Positions 12,634 through 26,155 of a DNA stretch of 64,000 nt are shown in pieces. Positions within the stretch are counted from its first letter, which is position 1. The number at the start of each line of letters is the position of its first letter. Source of the stretch: Camelus dromedarius (Eukaryota); contig NC_087472.1 of the NCBI RefSeq assembly GCF_036321535.1, forward strand, positions 91,948,001 to 92,012,000, read 5' to 3'. The notes under the pieces are model-generated. The model worked only from the letters and a program-made list of their open reading frames with translations. It had not been told where the DNA came from and made no database searches. A program made the translations under genes and the position numbers.

Positions 12634-13569
12634 TTTAATGAGGATAGAATCTCATGCGATGGGAAAAGAAGTAACTGTTACAGTGCACAGCCTCTATCCC
12701 ATGTTCCCCCTGTGCTCTTTAATGAAGTATTTTGTTGAAATGTTTAGAGTATATTTTAATTCCAACATTGCATTTATTCATTCTCTCACCAGACATTTAT
12801 TGAATACTTCCTGAGACAATCAGTGGATCACTTTTGATCATGACTATTAAGTAGTAAATGTATTAAGTGTAATATTGTAGTAACTATAATTGTAACCCTG
12901 ATTGAGAGTAAAAATATTCACCAACTACTAAGTCTTTTGTTAGTGCAACAGTAATTGTTCATTGTTATTACATTGTCAGGATTCCTACAATTGACCCTCT
13001 ATTAATAGATTAATCAGGGATGTAGGTTAAAGGAAGGAAATTAACTTAAGAAGAAAGTCACCAAGAATGAGTTATCTGAAAGGAGGTGGAGTTGAAAAAA
13101 GAAATAAATGATCTCATGCTAACTTTCTCAACCTGTTATGGCTTTGTGCATACTGGCTCAAATTAATATTGATAAATAACTGCAAAATTATTAAGAAAAT
13201 CATAAAATGGAATGGATTATTGGACATTGCATATCAGAAAACTATCTTTGGTTTCATACTTCTCAGAGTCAGTGCCTCTGAATGGATAATGATGTAATTT
13301 CTCAGGGAAGGAGGCAATGTGCCTTGTTAATGTGCACATGCAGAAGCATTTATGGCTGAATATGTGCACAGTGAAACACCATATATATATGTGGAATGAA
13401 ATACATATGCTAAAAATTGAATTCATGGTTTATAGCTGTTTTGTCCTGTGTTACTGCATTTATAGAAACTATACTGGCTTTTAATTATATTCTCTCTCTT
13501 ATATTTTCCATTCTCCATGAGAAGTGGAGAGGGTTGATCATGGGTAAAATGATTGAGTATAATAGAATC

Positions 13570-13700
13570 ACCAATCTGGAATTATTTAGAGAACACCCAG
13601 ATGCATCTCTTCCTATAAAGATGGAATAATATGTCCAAATTTACAGTTAGTGGCAGAGCCAGGAAAAGGACCAGAATGTCATAGATATACCCCTTCTGCC
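13570..13700 (-). mobile_element. MIR fragment
   Basis: tgtccaaatttacagttagtggcagagccagga. Confidence 0.55.
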
Positions 13701-14224
13701 TGTATCTCAGCTTTTTGGTGTTCTAATGTATGCCACTTTTCCTTCTCAAAACATCCTTTTAGATCCTTAGAACTTATCTTAAATGGCTGAATGAGTTTAA
13801 ATTTAAAGTGTTAATCCTTTCAGAAGTATTTCTATCTTAACCTAAAAAAATATAACTCTAAACGTGGGATTTCAGGTATAAGTGAGGATGGGTAGGTGGA
13901 GGTAGAGGAAGTGATCAGATGTTTTCTAACACGGTTGAAATCACAGCACACAGTCAGTTCCCTGGTCTCCTTATTTGAAGGACAGTTCAATCATAATTTA
14001 CGTAACTGAAGACTTGTTGAATATTTTACCAAAAGTAAATTCTACTGGTAGGAAATGTGTTTCTAATGAATAGAACAGCCTGATAACATTGAGTCAGTTT
14101 TATGGGAGGGAGTTCCTGTAGTGTGAGGTAACTTGACGGGTTTATGAGATGAAAATGTTTGCGAATCAATGTTTCAAAAAAAACCCTTGTTTGATACATG
14201 CCCTGAATTTTGACACATTAATAT

Positions 14225-14915
14225 ACTATCCATTCAGCACACCTAACTAAATAGAGCAAGAACTATGTGCCAGATTCTGACCTAGGATCTCAAGGACTGC
14301 ACTAAGTTAAGGGCCCTAAGCTCCTGGAACCTATAAGGGGGTTGTGGGAAGGTGGAGATATAGATAACAAGGAAACAAACAAGTAATTTTAGATGGAACT
14401 AACTGAAATGAAATAAATAGCACTGGGAGATATGATAGGGATTGACTTGAAGCTACTTTGGGCAGGATGGTCAGAAGGCTTCTTTGGAGTGATGGTATCT
14501 GAGCTTAGACCTGAAGGATGAGAACTCAGAAACCATGAAGCACAGAAAAGAGGTGTATGGAAACTGAAGAAACAAGAGTCAAGGTCTAATGTGGGAATGA
14601 GCTTAGTACAGGACTAGAAAGGGATGTGACAGGAGACGAGATCAGAGAAGGAAGCAGGGGCCAGTTGATGTAGAGACAAGCTAGCTTGGACTTCATTCCA
14701 GGAATTGAGCAGTTTTAAGTAAGAAAGTGGTTGAATCCAATTTACCTTTAAGAAGTAGCTTTCACTGCTGTGTGGAGAATGGATTTAAGTAACAGTGAGG
14801 AAGCTTGGAATAAGACGGTGGCAGAAGACTTATGGACAGGTATAGGGCCAAATCTGAGACATAACCAACAGGACTTGATGGATCAGATTGTCAGAGGTAA
14901 GAAAAAAGGAAAAGC
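14225..14915 (-). mobile_element. L2
   Basis: ccattcagca...aactatgtgccag; ggtcagaaggcttctttggag...tgagcttagacctgaaggatgaga; ctgctgtgtggagaatggatt. Confidence 0.85.
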
Positions 14916-16280
14916 CAAGGATAAAAATATTCATTATCTAAATTTCAGTTTGATTTTATTAGATACACATAAAGGGCAAATATCACTTAAAAAGTGAAAT
15001 AAAATAATTTTATAAAACAAATGATGTAGCCATTGCTAAAAAGTCATATCATTATATGACATTTTTATTCATTCTGTTTTACCAGAGATCTGACAATTTA
15101 TATATATTGTTAAATTTAGTTACAGGCAAGATGTGTGATTAAACTATAAGGATTCAAGACAATTTTTAGAAAGGATAATGGCATTAAGCACATATTTTAT
15201 AGTTTGTAATAACAGCTATGAATGTTTGAGACTTAGGCTTTAAATAAGAAGAATTAAAGAGACATTAAAAGGAAATAAACCTTCACAAAAACATGGAATA
15301 GGATGAAATGTATTCTGAAAAGCACTAAGTATATTGCTATAATTCATGGTAAATCCTAGTGGTAACTTTTCCAAAGAAATCATATAAATTCACCAAAACA
15401 TTAAAGAGCAACTTTATTTCCTTTAAAGAAACAGAGAGGCACCAAATATATGGCAGTGATAAAATGTTTATGCTGATTGGATACTGCTTTGGCCTCATGA
15501 GCTATATACCTAAGAAAAATGTGACACAGGGAAATTCATCAGGAGCATTAGACTTGTAGATATTAATTCAATGGCTAACAGATACAATCATTCTGCCCAA
15601 AGTCAGTAACTATCTGTCTTTTTATGATCAGAAACCTTGCATAATAATATTTTGCTCTTAAATACTGACTTTGATTTGTGAAGCTCAGATGCTTAACGGC
15701 ATGGTTTCGTTAGATGCTTATTTTGAGCTAGATACCCCCAATCTCTAAGAACACCTTGAGATATATATATAAAAAAAAATCTCAAGAAGAAAGATGGAAA
15801 ATAAATGAAAGGATTTTTTTCAATAGTTTGCTGAAAGCCTAGACAAATTAGAAGAATCACTTATCTGATGTCAAATGCAAACTCTATTACTCTGGAGGAA
15901 ATAAGTTGTTTCAATCTGTTGAAAAAAAAAAAACTTGTCTCACTTGAAACTACTGCCAGAAAGATACCAAAGAAATTTAATTTTTCCAAAGTTACCAATC
16001 ACCCAGAACAAAATTATCCTTTTCTGTTCTCCATTGTACCTATGGGAGTCTAAACCTAGAATAAAGCTGGTTAAAAGGAAGTGAAGTCTAATAGACACTA
16101 GTATCATAAATAGATTCCTTAGCTGAGTGAGTCCAGGGTTCATAACTGGGCAGTTTGCCCATTGCCTAAAGGGATGATTGCCCTCGGTTTGTTTTTCTAA
16201 CAGTTGTTATTTTGGGGAACTTTGCTTAGTGACTTGGCATTATGAAAACTCTACTTCAGCAATTTCCCATAATCTTTAAT

Positions 16281-16444
16281 AAAAAGAAAACTTTAAGGTG
16301 GATTAAACCTCATGTGAATATGGTTTCTTCGAAACAAACACCCACACATATACAAAAGATAATTTCTCCTTTGTATTCAAGACTACAAAGAGAAATTAAT
16401 GTGGATTAAAACTCATGTGAATAGAATTCCTCAAAAAACAAAGC
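16281..16444 (+). repeat. Degenerate local duplication with 103-bp offset; core GTGGATTAAA(C/A)CTCATGTGAATA
   Basis: 16298-16320 vs 16401-16423 match at 22 of 23 positions, with weaker similarity on both sides. Confidence 0.85.
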
Positions 16445-16864
16445 GTAATACTTATTATGTTCCAGATTCACTGCTTTAAGCATATGCATAAATCATGAGA
16501 CAAATGATGCCCCAATAAAAAGTTACAATAAACATATCCTGAATTGACTGATTACAAAATGAAGTTACCTAAATTATTTTTGTTTTGCTTTCTTCATCAT
16601 AAACATAGTTAATTGTGATAAGTTTATTAATGGAAATTGAAAGACTGGTATATTATTTTAAATTTATTTAATGATCTAAAATGTCAACATACCAAGCATG
16701 AATGTACCAGGGATTTCTGATAAAGATTTTGGCTCAACCATTTAAGAACTGATGTCTACAAAAACTGTGAAAGCTTTGATTCCGAATTGAGGGAGATCAG
16801 ACAGAGTAGGGTTAAGGATGCTTCATGACTGATGAATATTGCTATAAACATTTCTACATGCTCT

Positions 16865-17065
16865 ATTTTTTCCATAGAATGTATTACCTTTGAATATATT
16901 ATGTAGTTTTTTTTATTATATGTATTATTTATAGTCTGTGTTACCTAACTAGAATATCATATCCAAAGAAACAGGGCCTGGGTCTACTTTGTTCACTAAC
17001 ATAGCCCAAGTGCCTAGAAGACTGACTGGCACATAGCAGGTACTCAATAAATCTTCTTGGAATTA
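16865..17065 (+). mobile_element. L2a 3' end
   Basis: ttgttcact...cccaagtgcctagaagactgactggcacatagcaggtactcaataaat. Confidence 0.9.
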
Positions 17066-17879
17066 ATGGATATTCTTTAGTTTTGAATAAATCCAAAACC
17101 AATGCCTCACTGAATAATTCGTACATACTCATGCATACACACATACAGAATTTAAATCCTATTTACTTCCAGTGCCTTTATTATCTGTTGGTAATCACTC
17201 AATGTATGAGCATAGACTTAAAATACCAGAGTGACAAATATTGGGCAAGTATTAAATATCTGTTTTAAATGAGCATATCATTAAAGATTGATATCAATGC
17301 TTTAACAATAGTGCATTCAAATTAAATAAACTTTCCAAACAGAATATAGCAGCCAATGTGACCCTTGAATAGCTTGTATTATAAAACATAAAGATGCTGT
17401 CTTTGTTAGGCAATTCTAGCAAAATGTAGAAACGGAGTTAAATGTGATAAGAAAAAAGATTAAGTTATACTGACAAACATCACAAAGATTTTGAGCATAT
17501 GGAATAAAATCTGATTTTCTTATCCCAGCTCCAAATGTCACAAACACCTATGCAAGGTCTTAATGGTAAAGAAGCGGATGCATTCTTAAGTTCCATCTGT
17601 CTAGTACTCTCAAGATCCTCCATGACGCTAAGGTTGTCTTCAGGTTTTCAGCATCCTATAATTCCTCATATACCCCTTCCCTTCTTAAGTAAGTAATGAC
17701 TACTTTTATAAATAGTAAGTAGAACAGCATCCTCTAATCATCATTAAAACAACAATACCTGCTAATACATAATTTAAAAAGCCTAGGTATCTTGCTATGT
17801 CCTTCCACATCCAATCTCCATGCTCTGAGTATTGAATGAATACCACCCCTCACCCCTCATCCTCTACATTCCACTAGTC

Positions 17880-18320
17880 CCCATCCTCTCCCATCCCTCC
17901 AGATCCAGGTTGGGTTTAGCCAATCAGAATGTTCTCCAGCCACAAGAAAAAGAACAACTCCCTCCTGCCACATTTCTACGGGTTTGCTAGATTCCTCTAC
18001 TGAGAATCTCGTCTCCTATTTGGAAGCCCCTCCATAAAACTGTTCTCAACCGGTAAAGATGGTGTTGTACCCTAGGGCTAGTGCTGGTAGGGAGTCCTTA
18101 CAATTCCTAGGGTATAAGAAGCAAGGGGAATAAACAGGATGGTTTTATGGAGAAGCCAAGATGACCCATCAGTCTTGAGCTTTGTGCCATTTACACAGAT
18201 GTAAAAGTCTGGATGTTTAAAGGCAGGGCATCAGTGTTAGAAAGTCGATGTGTATCTAATCAGACGTCTCGCAGGAAGGAGATGGCATTCCCAAACCAGA
18301 TAAGAGGAAGAGAGAGACTA
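17880..18320. mobile_element. Probable ERVL-class LTR fragments (LTR33/LTR16/LTR41-like)
   Basis: ggttgggtttagccaat, cccctccataaaactgttctcaa and tgtatctaatcagacgtctcgcaggaaggagatggc resemble recalled ERVL LTR consensus segments. Confidence 0.4.
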
Positions 18321-18334
18321 TTGGCTTCTACAAT

Positions 18335-19055
18335 TCACTCATTCCTCCACATCCTATTTGTTAGTGAGTCCTGTCAGGTCTACTTCTAAAATATATTTTG
18401 AAATTGTCCTCTTCTATTTATCTCTCCTGCTACCCGACTAATTCAGGTCAACCTCCTTTCCTACCTGGTCTCCCTGCTTTCTCTTGATTGCGATGGTCTT
18501 TATGAGCTTATTCCCTACTTTGTGCTCTCCCACAACTTCAATCCACATAGTAAGCAGAGAGATCTTTTAAAAACACAAATAGGTGATGCAATTCTCACTT
18601 AAAATGCCATAATGGCTTCCCATTTCAATTTGGTTAAAGTGAAAATGCCTTACAGTGGCCTGCAAGGCCCAACAGAAACGCCTCTGCCTGGTTTTCTACA
18701 CTCATCACGCAAGTGTGCCCACCTTTTAAACACACAGTTTTCCTTTTTCTCCTAAAACAAATTGAACTTTCTCACCTTGGGGCCCTTGCATTCACTCTTT
18801 CCCTTACCTGATACACCCTTCTCCAGGGATTCTCCAGAAATGATTTGTGCCATCCTTCCTCTCTAGCATGGTCTTCCTTCCTTTGTAGCACTGATCGGTT
18901 GTCATTCTGTTCATGTGGTGTTTGTTTATCGTATGTCTCAGCCCATTGAAGTGTCAGGTAGATGAAGCCAGAGACTTTATTTACATTGGAGATAAACCTA
19001 GAATAGTCTGGCTCATCATTAGTAACTATTTGGTTGTTGATTAAATGAATGAATG
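18335..19055 (+). mobile_element. L2 3' region
   Basis: gtcctgtcaggtctacttctaaaat; aatggcttcccattt; tggcctgcaaggccc; ends ttgttgattaaatgaatgaat. Confidence 0.9.
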
Positions 19056-19309
19056 TCACGTCATTCAACCCTGCTTCCATTTTCACAAGGGACTTCTCAC
19101 ATAGTCCTAACTGCACAATGTTCCTACACTGTGCCTTTCTTTTCCACTTCTGTGGCCTGAATATTTATATTGTCTTAGAGCAATTCAAAATTTATATCTC
19201 TCCATGCTCAACTGCTAAGGTCAATGACATTTCTCCTAAGATACAAGGTATAGAATATTCCCATTAACTAAGAACATTGTCCAATGACCAGGCAATGACA
19301 CCTATTTTC

Positions 19310-19895
19310 TATCACCACAGCTAAGTTTTCTTATTAATGCCTATGTTCTCCATTATGTCTGGTTTCCTTGCTCAACATAATGGCTTGAGATTCATCCATG
19401 TTCTTACGTGCATCAATAGTTTTATTGTTGAGTTGTTTTCCCTTGTATGGTCATACCACTATGTGTTGATTCATTCACCTGCTGATGGACATTCAGTTTG
19501 TTTCTAGTTTGGGGACATTATGAATAAATTTGCTATGCAAGTTTGTGAACAAATCTTTGGTGTTGATATATATTTTCATATCTCTTGGATAAATACTTAG
19601 CAGTAGAATGTGGGGTCATGATCAGAAAGATGTATGTTTAAATTTATAAAAAAACTATCAAAGTTTTCTAAAGTGATTACGCTATTTTTCATTTCCAGCA
19701 GTTTAAGTATTCCACTTGCTCCATATCCTTGCAACACTTGGTATGATTTGTTTTAAAAATTTTAGCCATTCTAACAGGTGTGTAGTAGTATATCATTGTG
19801 CTTTTAATTTACATTTCCTTGATGAATAAAGATGCTGAGTATTTTTTAAAGTTCTTATTATCCATTCTTTTATCTCCGTTTGGGAAGTATGTGTT
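19310..19895 (-). mobile_element. L1MB/L1MC ORF2 end and 3'UTR
   Basis: ttgagattcatccatgtt; gatggacattcagtttgtttctagtttgggg; ttagccattctaacaggtgtgtag. Confidence 0.9.
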
Positions 19896-20779
19896 TTTTT
19901 AATGAAAATAATTTCATTGACTGCTGCAATTATTTGCAAAATGCCTGAACTCTCAAGTATACAGCATGTTTATCAACAAATTTTAGCTTCAATGAAACGA
20001 TTCTATGATTGAGTTGAATTCTAGTAGCATTCACAGTATACTGCATTTTAATACAGGAAACTACCATCTTGTTTATAGGCATGCTTTTAATTTTTTTGAA
20101 AGGAACAGAGGCAGTCTGACTAGCACAACATACCAATACCCTCATACTGAACAATTTTCATTCTTTTAATTTAAAATTATAATCAAGATTAGGACATCTT
20201 ATTCTCCCTAAGATACATGTAATCTGAAATCGGCACAGCAAGAGTTTGCCACAAATGCAAGGAGATAGAGATGGCTCATTTGCTTTTAAAATGGATACGA
20301 TGAATATAGCGCATGTAGGGAAAAATTAACTAACTGGAATAAAATGTTTTTCACAACCATTCCTCTCAGCTGGAAACACTACCATCACTTTTTTTTTCAG
20401 ATAGTAAGAAAGTCCATAAACTGAAAATGCCTCTATTTTCAATCACTTAAATCTTATTTTAATTCTGAATTTGACAGAGTAGAACAGCTACTCATGAACC
20501 TTCATATTCTTCAAAAGTACAATCTTATCTTTTTGCTAATCCTACAGTGAAAAGACCTATGATTCAGCATGTTTTTAATAACAAAAAATGCTATTGCATT
20601 TTGAATACAAGATATATGCCTGTGTATGAGTAGCCAGTGCAAGTAAGGAATGTATCATACTACGCTCAATATATTGCATTAGAAAGTTACATAATGGGAA
20701 GTGTAGTGGGGGATACTTCCCTTTCTAAATACCATGATTTTGGTTTTGTTGTGATTTGTTCACTCTTCCTCAAGCTACA

Positions 20780-21500
20780 TACCTCAAACTCATCTCATCC
20801 TCTCAGTACCCGCATTCAATTGGGGAAATTTCTTCAAGGATAGCTTTTAGTTATTCTCTTCTGATTCTTCTCTCTTGCCAATTACTTCAGTTCTTACCCA
20901 TAGCTTCTCTCTCTGCCAATTCCCAAAGCTTCATAAGGAACCTTTTGACTTCACTTGCTCCCACAGCTCATCAGAACTCCGCATCGTCACCAAAGTTACC
21001 CTTTAATCGCTTATACCCTCCCCTAAAGCATTTAGTACTCCCTATTTCCTACCATGAAAAGCTCCAGTTCTTTGAGAACAAATAAAGAGACTTTTCAAAT
21101 CTCACTATCAACCTATTCTATCCTCCACATCTTCCTTCACTATTCCTCATTTCCAACACATGCTTCAGTTAGAAATTTTAATAGATATTAAATCAACATT
21201 CATATGTCTAGGTCTTTGCTTATGCCATTCTCCCTCCTTAGAATGTCTTTTCCTATTTCCCTTGTCAGATAAAATTCTCCTTAATTTCCAAGAATAAGCT
21301 CAATGAACACTTCTGTGGGACATTCCCAAACTATCTCAGGCAGAATTACTTCTGCCCAGTTTTTCCACATAGTGTATACCTGCCTGTACTACAATCCTAA
21401 TCACATTCTATGTTAATTATTGCTATAATTTTATTTTGTATCCACCAGACTCTGCAATGGATAGAGGACTAGGCAGAATGTCCTACTTACACCCCTAGCA
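20780..21500 (+). mobile_element. Degenerate L2
   Basis: gtctttgcttatgccattctccctccttagaatgtctttt; ccaagaataagctcaatg. Confidence 0.65.
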
Positions 21501-21670
21501 AAAATTAGGGGAGAGGAACTGTGTGCTTCTGGAACAAAGCAGAATCTTAATTAATGACTGTTAACTTAACGCATGCAATATTTACACATTTAAGACTCAC
21601 AGGATATACAGAAGTTATAACTATTGTTTCTTTTCTTTCTACTCTCATACCTATAAGGCATGCAGCTTTC

Positions 21671-22745
21671 CTAACCTCACACTTAAAGCAACTATCAAAA
21701 GAAGAACAAACAAAACCCAAAATTAATAGAAGGAAAGAAATCATATAGATCAGAGCAGAAATACACAAAATAAAAACTAAAGGAAAAAAAAAATCAGAAA
21801 ACATCAATGAAACTAAAAACTAGTTCTTTGAAAAGATAAACAAAACTGATAACCTTTAGCCAGACTCATCAAGAAAAAAAGGGAGAGGGCTTAAATCAAT
21901 AGAACCAGAAATAAAAAAGGAAACGTTACAGCTGACACAACAGGAATACAAAGGATCATAGGAGGCTACTACAAGTAACTATACACCAATAAAATGGACA
22001 ACCTAGAAGAAATGGGCAAGGTCTAAGAAATGTACACTCTCCCCAGACTGAACTAGGAAGAGATAGAAAATGTGAACAGAACAATTACCAGTAATGAAAT
22101 TGAATATTTATTTTAAAATCTCCCAACAAAGGCCCAGGATAAGATGTCTTCACAGGTGAATTCTACCAAACATTTAGAGAACAGTTAATGCCTATCCTTC
22201 TAAAGCTACTCCAAAAATTGCAAAGGAACACTTATGAACTCATTCTATGAGGCTGCCATCACCCTGATACCAAAACAAGATAAAGATATTACAAAAACAA
22301 ACAAACAAAACCCCCTACAGGTCATTTGTGACAACATGGACAGAACTGGAGATTGTCATACTAAATGAAGTAAGTCACACAGAGAAAGACAAATATCTTA
22401 TGATATCACTTATTTCTGGACTGTAAAAAAAAAATGATACAAATGAACTTATTTACAAACCAGAAATAGACTCATAGACATAGAAAACAAACTTATGGTT
22501 ATCAAACGGGAAAGGGTGGGGAGGGATAAGTTAGAAGTTTGGGATTAGCATATATAAACTACTATATATAAAATAGATAAACAACTGTATAGCACAGGGA
22601 ACTATATTAAATATGTTATAATGACCTATAATGGAAAAGAATCTGAAAAACAATAAACATACATATGTATATGTGTAACTGAACCACTTTGCTGTACACC
22701 TGAAACTAACAACATTGTAAATCAACTATACTTCAATAAGAAAAG
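21671..22745 (+). mobile_element. Artiodactyl-type L1, 5'-truncated, with a large internal ORF2 deletion at ~22320
   Basis: Encodes LTSHLKQLSKEEQTKPKINRRKEII (ORF2) and continues to ...ctacag at 22320, then jumps to the ORF2 C-terminus and 3'UTR (gtcatttgtgacaacatgg...tgtaaatcaactatacttcaataa). Confidence 0.92.
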
Positions 22746-23049
22746 ATATGAAAAGTATGTTCAAAATTATCTTTGTTTCAACATAGCCTTTACAACTGTA
22801 CAGTGGTAAACTGACCATTTAAAAGTGTAACTTCCATCAATGTATACAATAGAGGAACAATAACACTGAAAATGGTTCACTCAGCACTTTATAAAATAAT
22901 CAATCAATCAGTGCAATAGGCAAATTTTAGGAATACCATTTCTACATTGAAAACCAATAGGTGCCGCAACAATTGTGTCCACTTAAAGAAGCAGATTTGA
23001 CAGGATCTGGAAAACTAGAGAGGGAAAGTCCCCTTCAAAGGAGACAGTG

Positions 23050-23240
23050 GTACTCAGCTTTGGCAGCACATAAGTACAATATTGCCAGATCTTCAGTTTT
23101 TCAAGAGGAAAAATGGATGCATATGGAGATCTCTCAATTTTTAAATGTGGGCAGCCCCTTGACACAAAACAAGAAACAGTCTATGGTCTAAACAAAATAT
23201 ATCTTCAAGTCTCATATACCAGCAGCGGTCATTTTTAACT
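23050..23240. mobile_element. MER102-like hAT element fragment
   Basis: tattgccagatcttcagtttttcaagag...ctctcaatttttaaatgt...aaacaaaatatatct. Confidence 0.6.
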
Positions 23241-25214
23241 TATTTTAAGTATGCTGAAGAAGTTCAAAGTTAGTGACCTTTCAAGAGTTACTCTAACAGA
23301 CTAGGATTCACTGGCATATTTGCAACAACTATTTTGTTTTGAACTACATTTGGCAAGGGGTATAAAAATAATTTTAGAAGTTCAGAATTCCACACACAAA
23401 AAAGTTGCTACTGTTCAACTTTAAGAATATACTTCATCCAGGTTTTATGGATTTTATTCAAGCATAAGGAGAGGCCCCATACAAATCTGGTTTGGGGGGT
23501 GCCTTTCTATTTCGTGACAGATCTTGATATTCTTTTTCTAGCACCTGAGGACTTACTGCTTTTTTGCAGCTCCATCCTCTTTCCCTATTAACAAGATGCC
23601 TATCCTCTGTGGACTAACTTTGGCTCATACTTTGAACCAAAGCAAACAAATTAAACCAACTTACTGACAACAAAATGAGAACTGTACATAAAATGGCCTT
23701 AATGTATTACCCTTTTCATGCTTGTTGGACTATTTAAAAGAGGGTATTAGCTCACAGGCTAGGTAATGGCCAGGTAAAGGACTAGAACAGAGGCCTGCTT
23801 GGCCCTCTTAAAAACTTATAGGGAGCAGATAATTCTAGGCATCACCCAAGCATCATTATGATTTTTTAAAATTCCTAGTAAGCTCTTCAACTCTCCGAGC
23901 ATGCCATGGATTATTTAATTTACTCTTTGTTAAAATGCCAGCATCTGTTGTCAACTCTCAAAAGGAAATACTGATTGAGAATCTATAGTTACTCATAGTC
24001 TCTATGGAAACAGGATGACATCACTGAAAGTCAAGGATTCATGTAACACTAAAACAATATTCTTTAATATTATTATGATTTATTATACTAGCATTTCATC
24101 ATCTGTGATATGAAAATAACATATAAGGAAGTACTTTGTAATCTGTGAGACAATATTCAGGTGATATTAAGAACAGCATGAATGTTATAAGATCTTTTAA
24201 TGGTCTGAGCCTAATTAGCACAGCAATTATGTTGCCTGAGTTTCCCTTTATGCTCTCCACATCACAACAATGAGCTCTTACAACCTGTATCAGGAGAAGC
24301 TTCCATTTGTTGTTCTCATAATGCTAACATGGGTCAGGGAAATAGAAGGCTGAGGGTAGAATAGAGGAGAAGGGCTGGTGATGAATGCTTCTACACTGCA
24401 TGAAAACATTCTCTTTTTCCCATGAATACCCAAGAGGTTCCACTAAGTCCCTATGGATATCCGTGACCTCCGATTTGGTGATATAATCTGATTAAATCTT
24501 GAGTCCAGCTAAGGGTGTCAAGTTTGATAACACCCGCAAATGAAATGTTAAGTGTCTAATTTATGCAGACTAGATCATTTCACTTTTCATTTTATTTTAT
24601 ACCATACTGGAGTAAAAAAATTCTCTTTTACCTACTTTGAAGAATTTGTAACACTTGTACTTACACACACATACATGTATACAGTAAAAGGAAGATGGTT
24701 TTGATTAGATGTAAAAGACTACAGGATAAAACAGATAAGAAAACTTTGACATTGGAGTTGAGGGGGCTCGGCGCAGATTTTTTAAAATTAAAAAAAATCC
24801 AATTTAGCAAAAAACATCTCTTTCATTAATAAAAGCAGTAAAATTATTTTTGGTATTTCTCTTGCTTTCTCTTTTAAATTTTTATACTTTAGCCATAAAA
24901 TTAAACTTCCTCCTATGGAAAAAACAAACTAGTCCACCGAAGTCATTCATCATCTAATATTCAATAATGTTCAATAAAAGAAGTTCTAAATATTTTCAGT
25001 ATTATTTTCAATAAAGAATGAAGACAGGTAATAGTAAATTTAATAAATGTTACACACAAGAAATGAAAATGATGAAATAAATGCACTATTTCCTTTCATT
25101 TTGACTGACATTAGTGAAGCACTTAACATTAAGTGAAATTAAGCATATTTTAAAGTTCAGTAACTTTTTAGTGCCATATTTAAGGAATGCTACTATAACT
25201 TCAATAGCTAAGAG

Positions 25215-25395
25215 GGAGCATAATTTATTTGAAAGAGCACTAATCTGGGAATAAGAAAACTTGTGTTCCAGTTGGGTGCAGTATCAGAGTGGTTGTGTGC
25301 TCTATACAAGTCACTGAGTACCTTTGGGCTACAGGGTAAAATGAGGCAACAGATTATACCTCAGATCCCTTCCAGTGTACTATTATACAGTTCCT
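25215..25395 (+). mobile_element. MIR3/MIRc-like SINE
   Basis: gaaagagcactaatctggga...caagtcact...gtaaaatgagg...gatcccttccag. Confidence 0.75.
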
Positions 25396-25534
25396 ACATA
25401 CAAGTATGCATCCCATTTGGACAATTTAAGCAATCTAAGTTCTCCTAGCAGGTTAATAAATGCCCATCAATTTTATCACATATAGCTTCAAACCACGACT
25501 GTTTTCAAATGAATAAGTTAAGCAGTTGCTTTAT

Positions 25535-25700
25535 ATCTTCTTATTCAACTTGTGGCCCCTGGACCAGCAGCATCAGCATCACCTGAGAGCTTATTATAAA
25601 CACAGATTCTCAGAATCCACTCCAAATTTACTCAATAAGAATTTGCATTTTACAAGATCCCCATGGGATTCATGTGAACAATTAAGTTTGGGTAACATGG
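25535..25700. mobile_element. MER5A1-like MITE
   Basis: gtggcccctggaccagcagcatcagcatcacctgagagctt...gcattttacaagatcccc. Confidence 0.9.
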
Positions 25701-26044
25701 CTTAGTACTAGACTCCTTCCACCAAATTATTCCTTGTATGCATTTTGAAATTTTAAATATCATCTTATAGTCCTCATTTTATAATGAGAGATACATTTGG
25801 CTTAATACACTCTTAAATTTTAAATATTTCTGGCTGAACCACATCTCAGTGTGTGCATTTCTGGCTCTTTTGCTGTTAGTATTAAAGGTCTAAAAGTGAG
25901 GAGGCTAAAAATAGTATAAGGGTGAAGAGCATAGAGAATTTCCACTGGATGGTTTTCTGTCATCAAATAATAGAATGGGAACCCTGGGTGGTAAAGGATT
26001 ATCCTAGGAGAGACAAGTAGCAGATGAGGGTGAAAGAAAGAAAG

Positions 26045-26155
26045 TGTGTTCATTTGTTCATTCAACAAAGCATTTGTAGAGCACTGTGGTAGATTGGAGG
26101 ATATAGCAATACCCAGTCACTGCCCTCATGGAACTTGTATTCTAGCAAGGGAGAC
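26045..26155 (-). mobile_element. L2 3' tail
   Basis: ttcatttgttcattcaacaaagcattt...cactgccctcatggaacttgtattctag. Confidence 0.8.

Noticed and set aside
16281..16444. CRISPR-like repeat-spacer interpretation of the direct repeat
   Set aside because: Only two copies in mammalian DNA, similarity extends into the flanks, and there are no cas genes.
23049..23083. Resemblance to the U6 snRNA 5' end (gtactcagctttggcagcacataagtacaatattg)
   Set aside because: Only about 30 nt with indels, no TSD or poly(A), and it runs into a MER102-like element that can explain the sequence.
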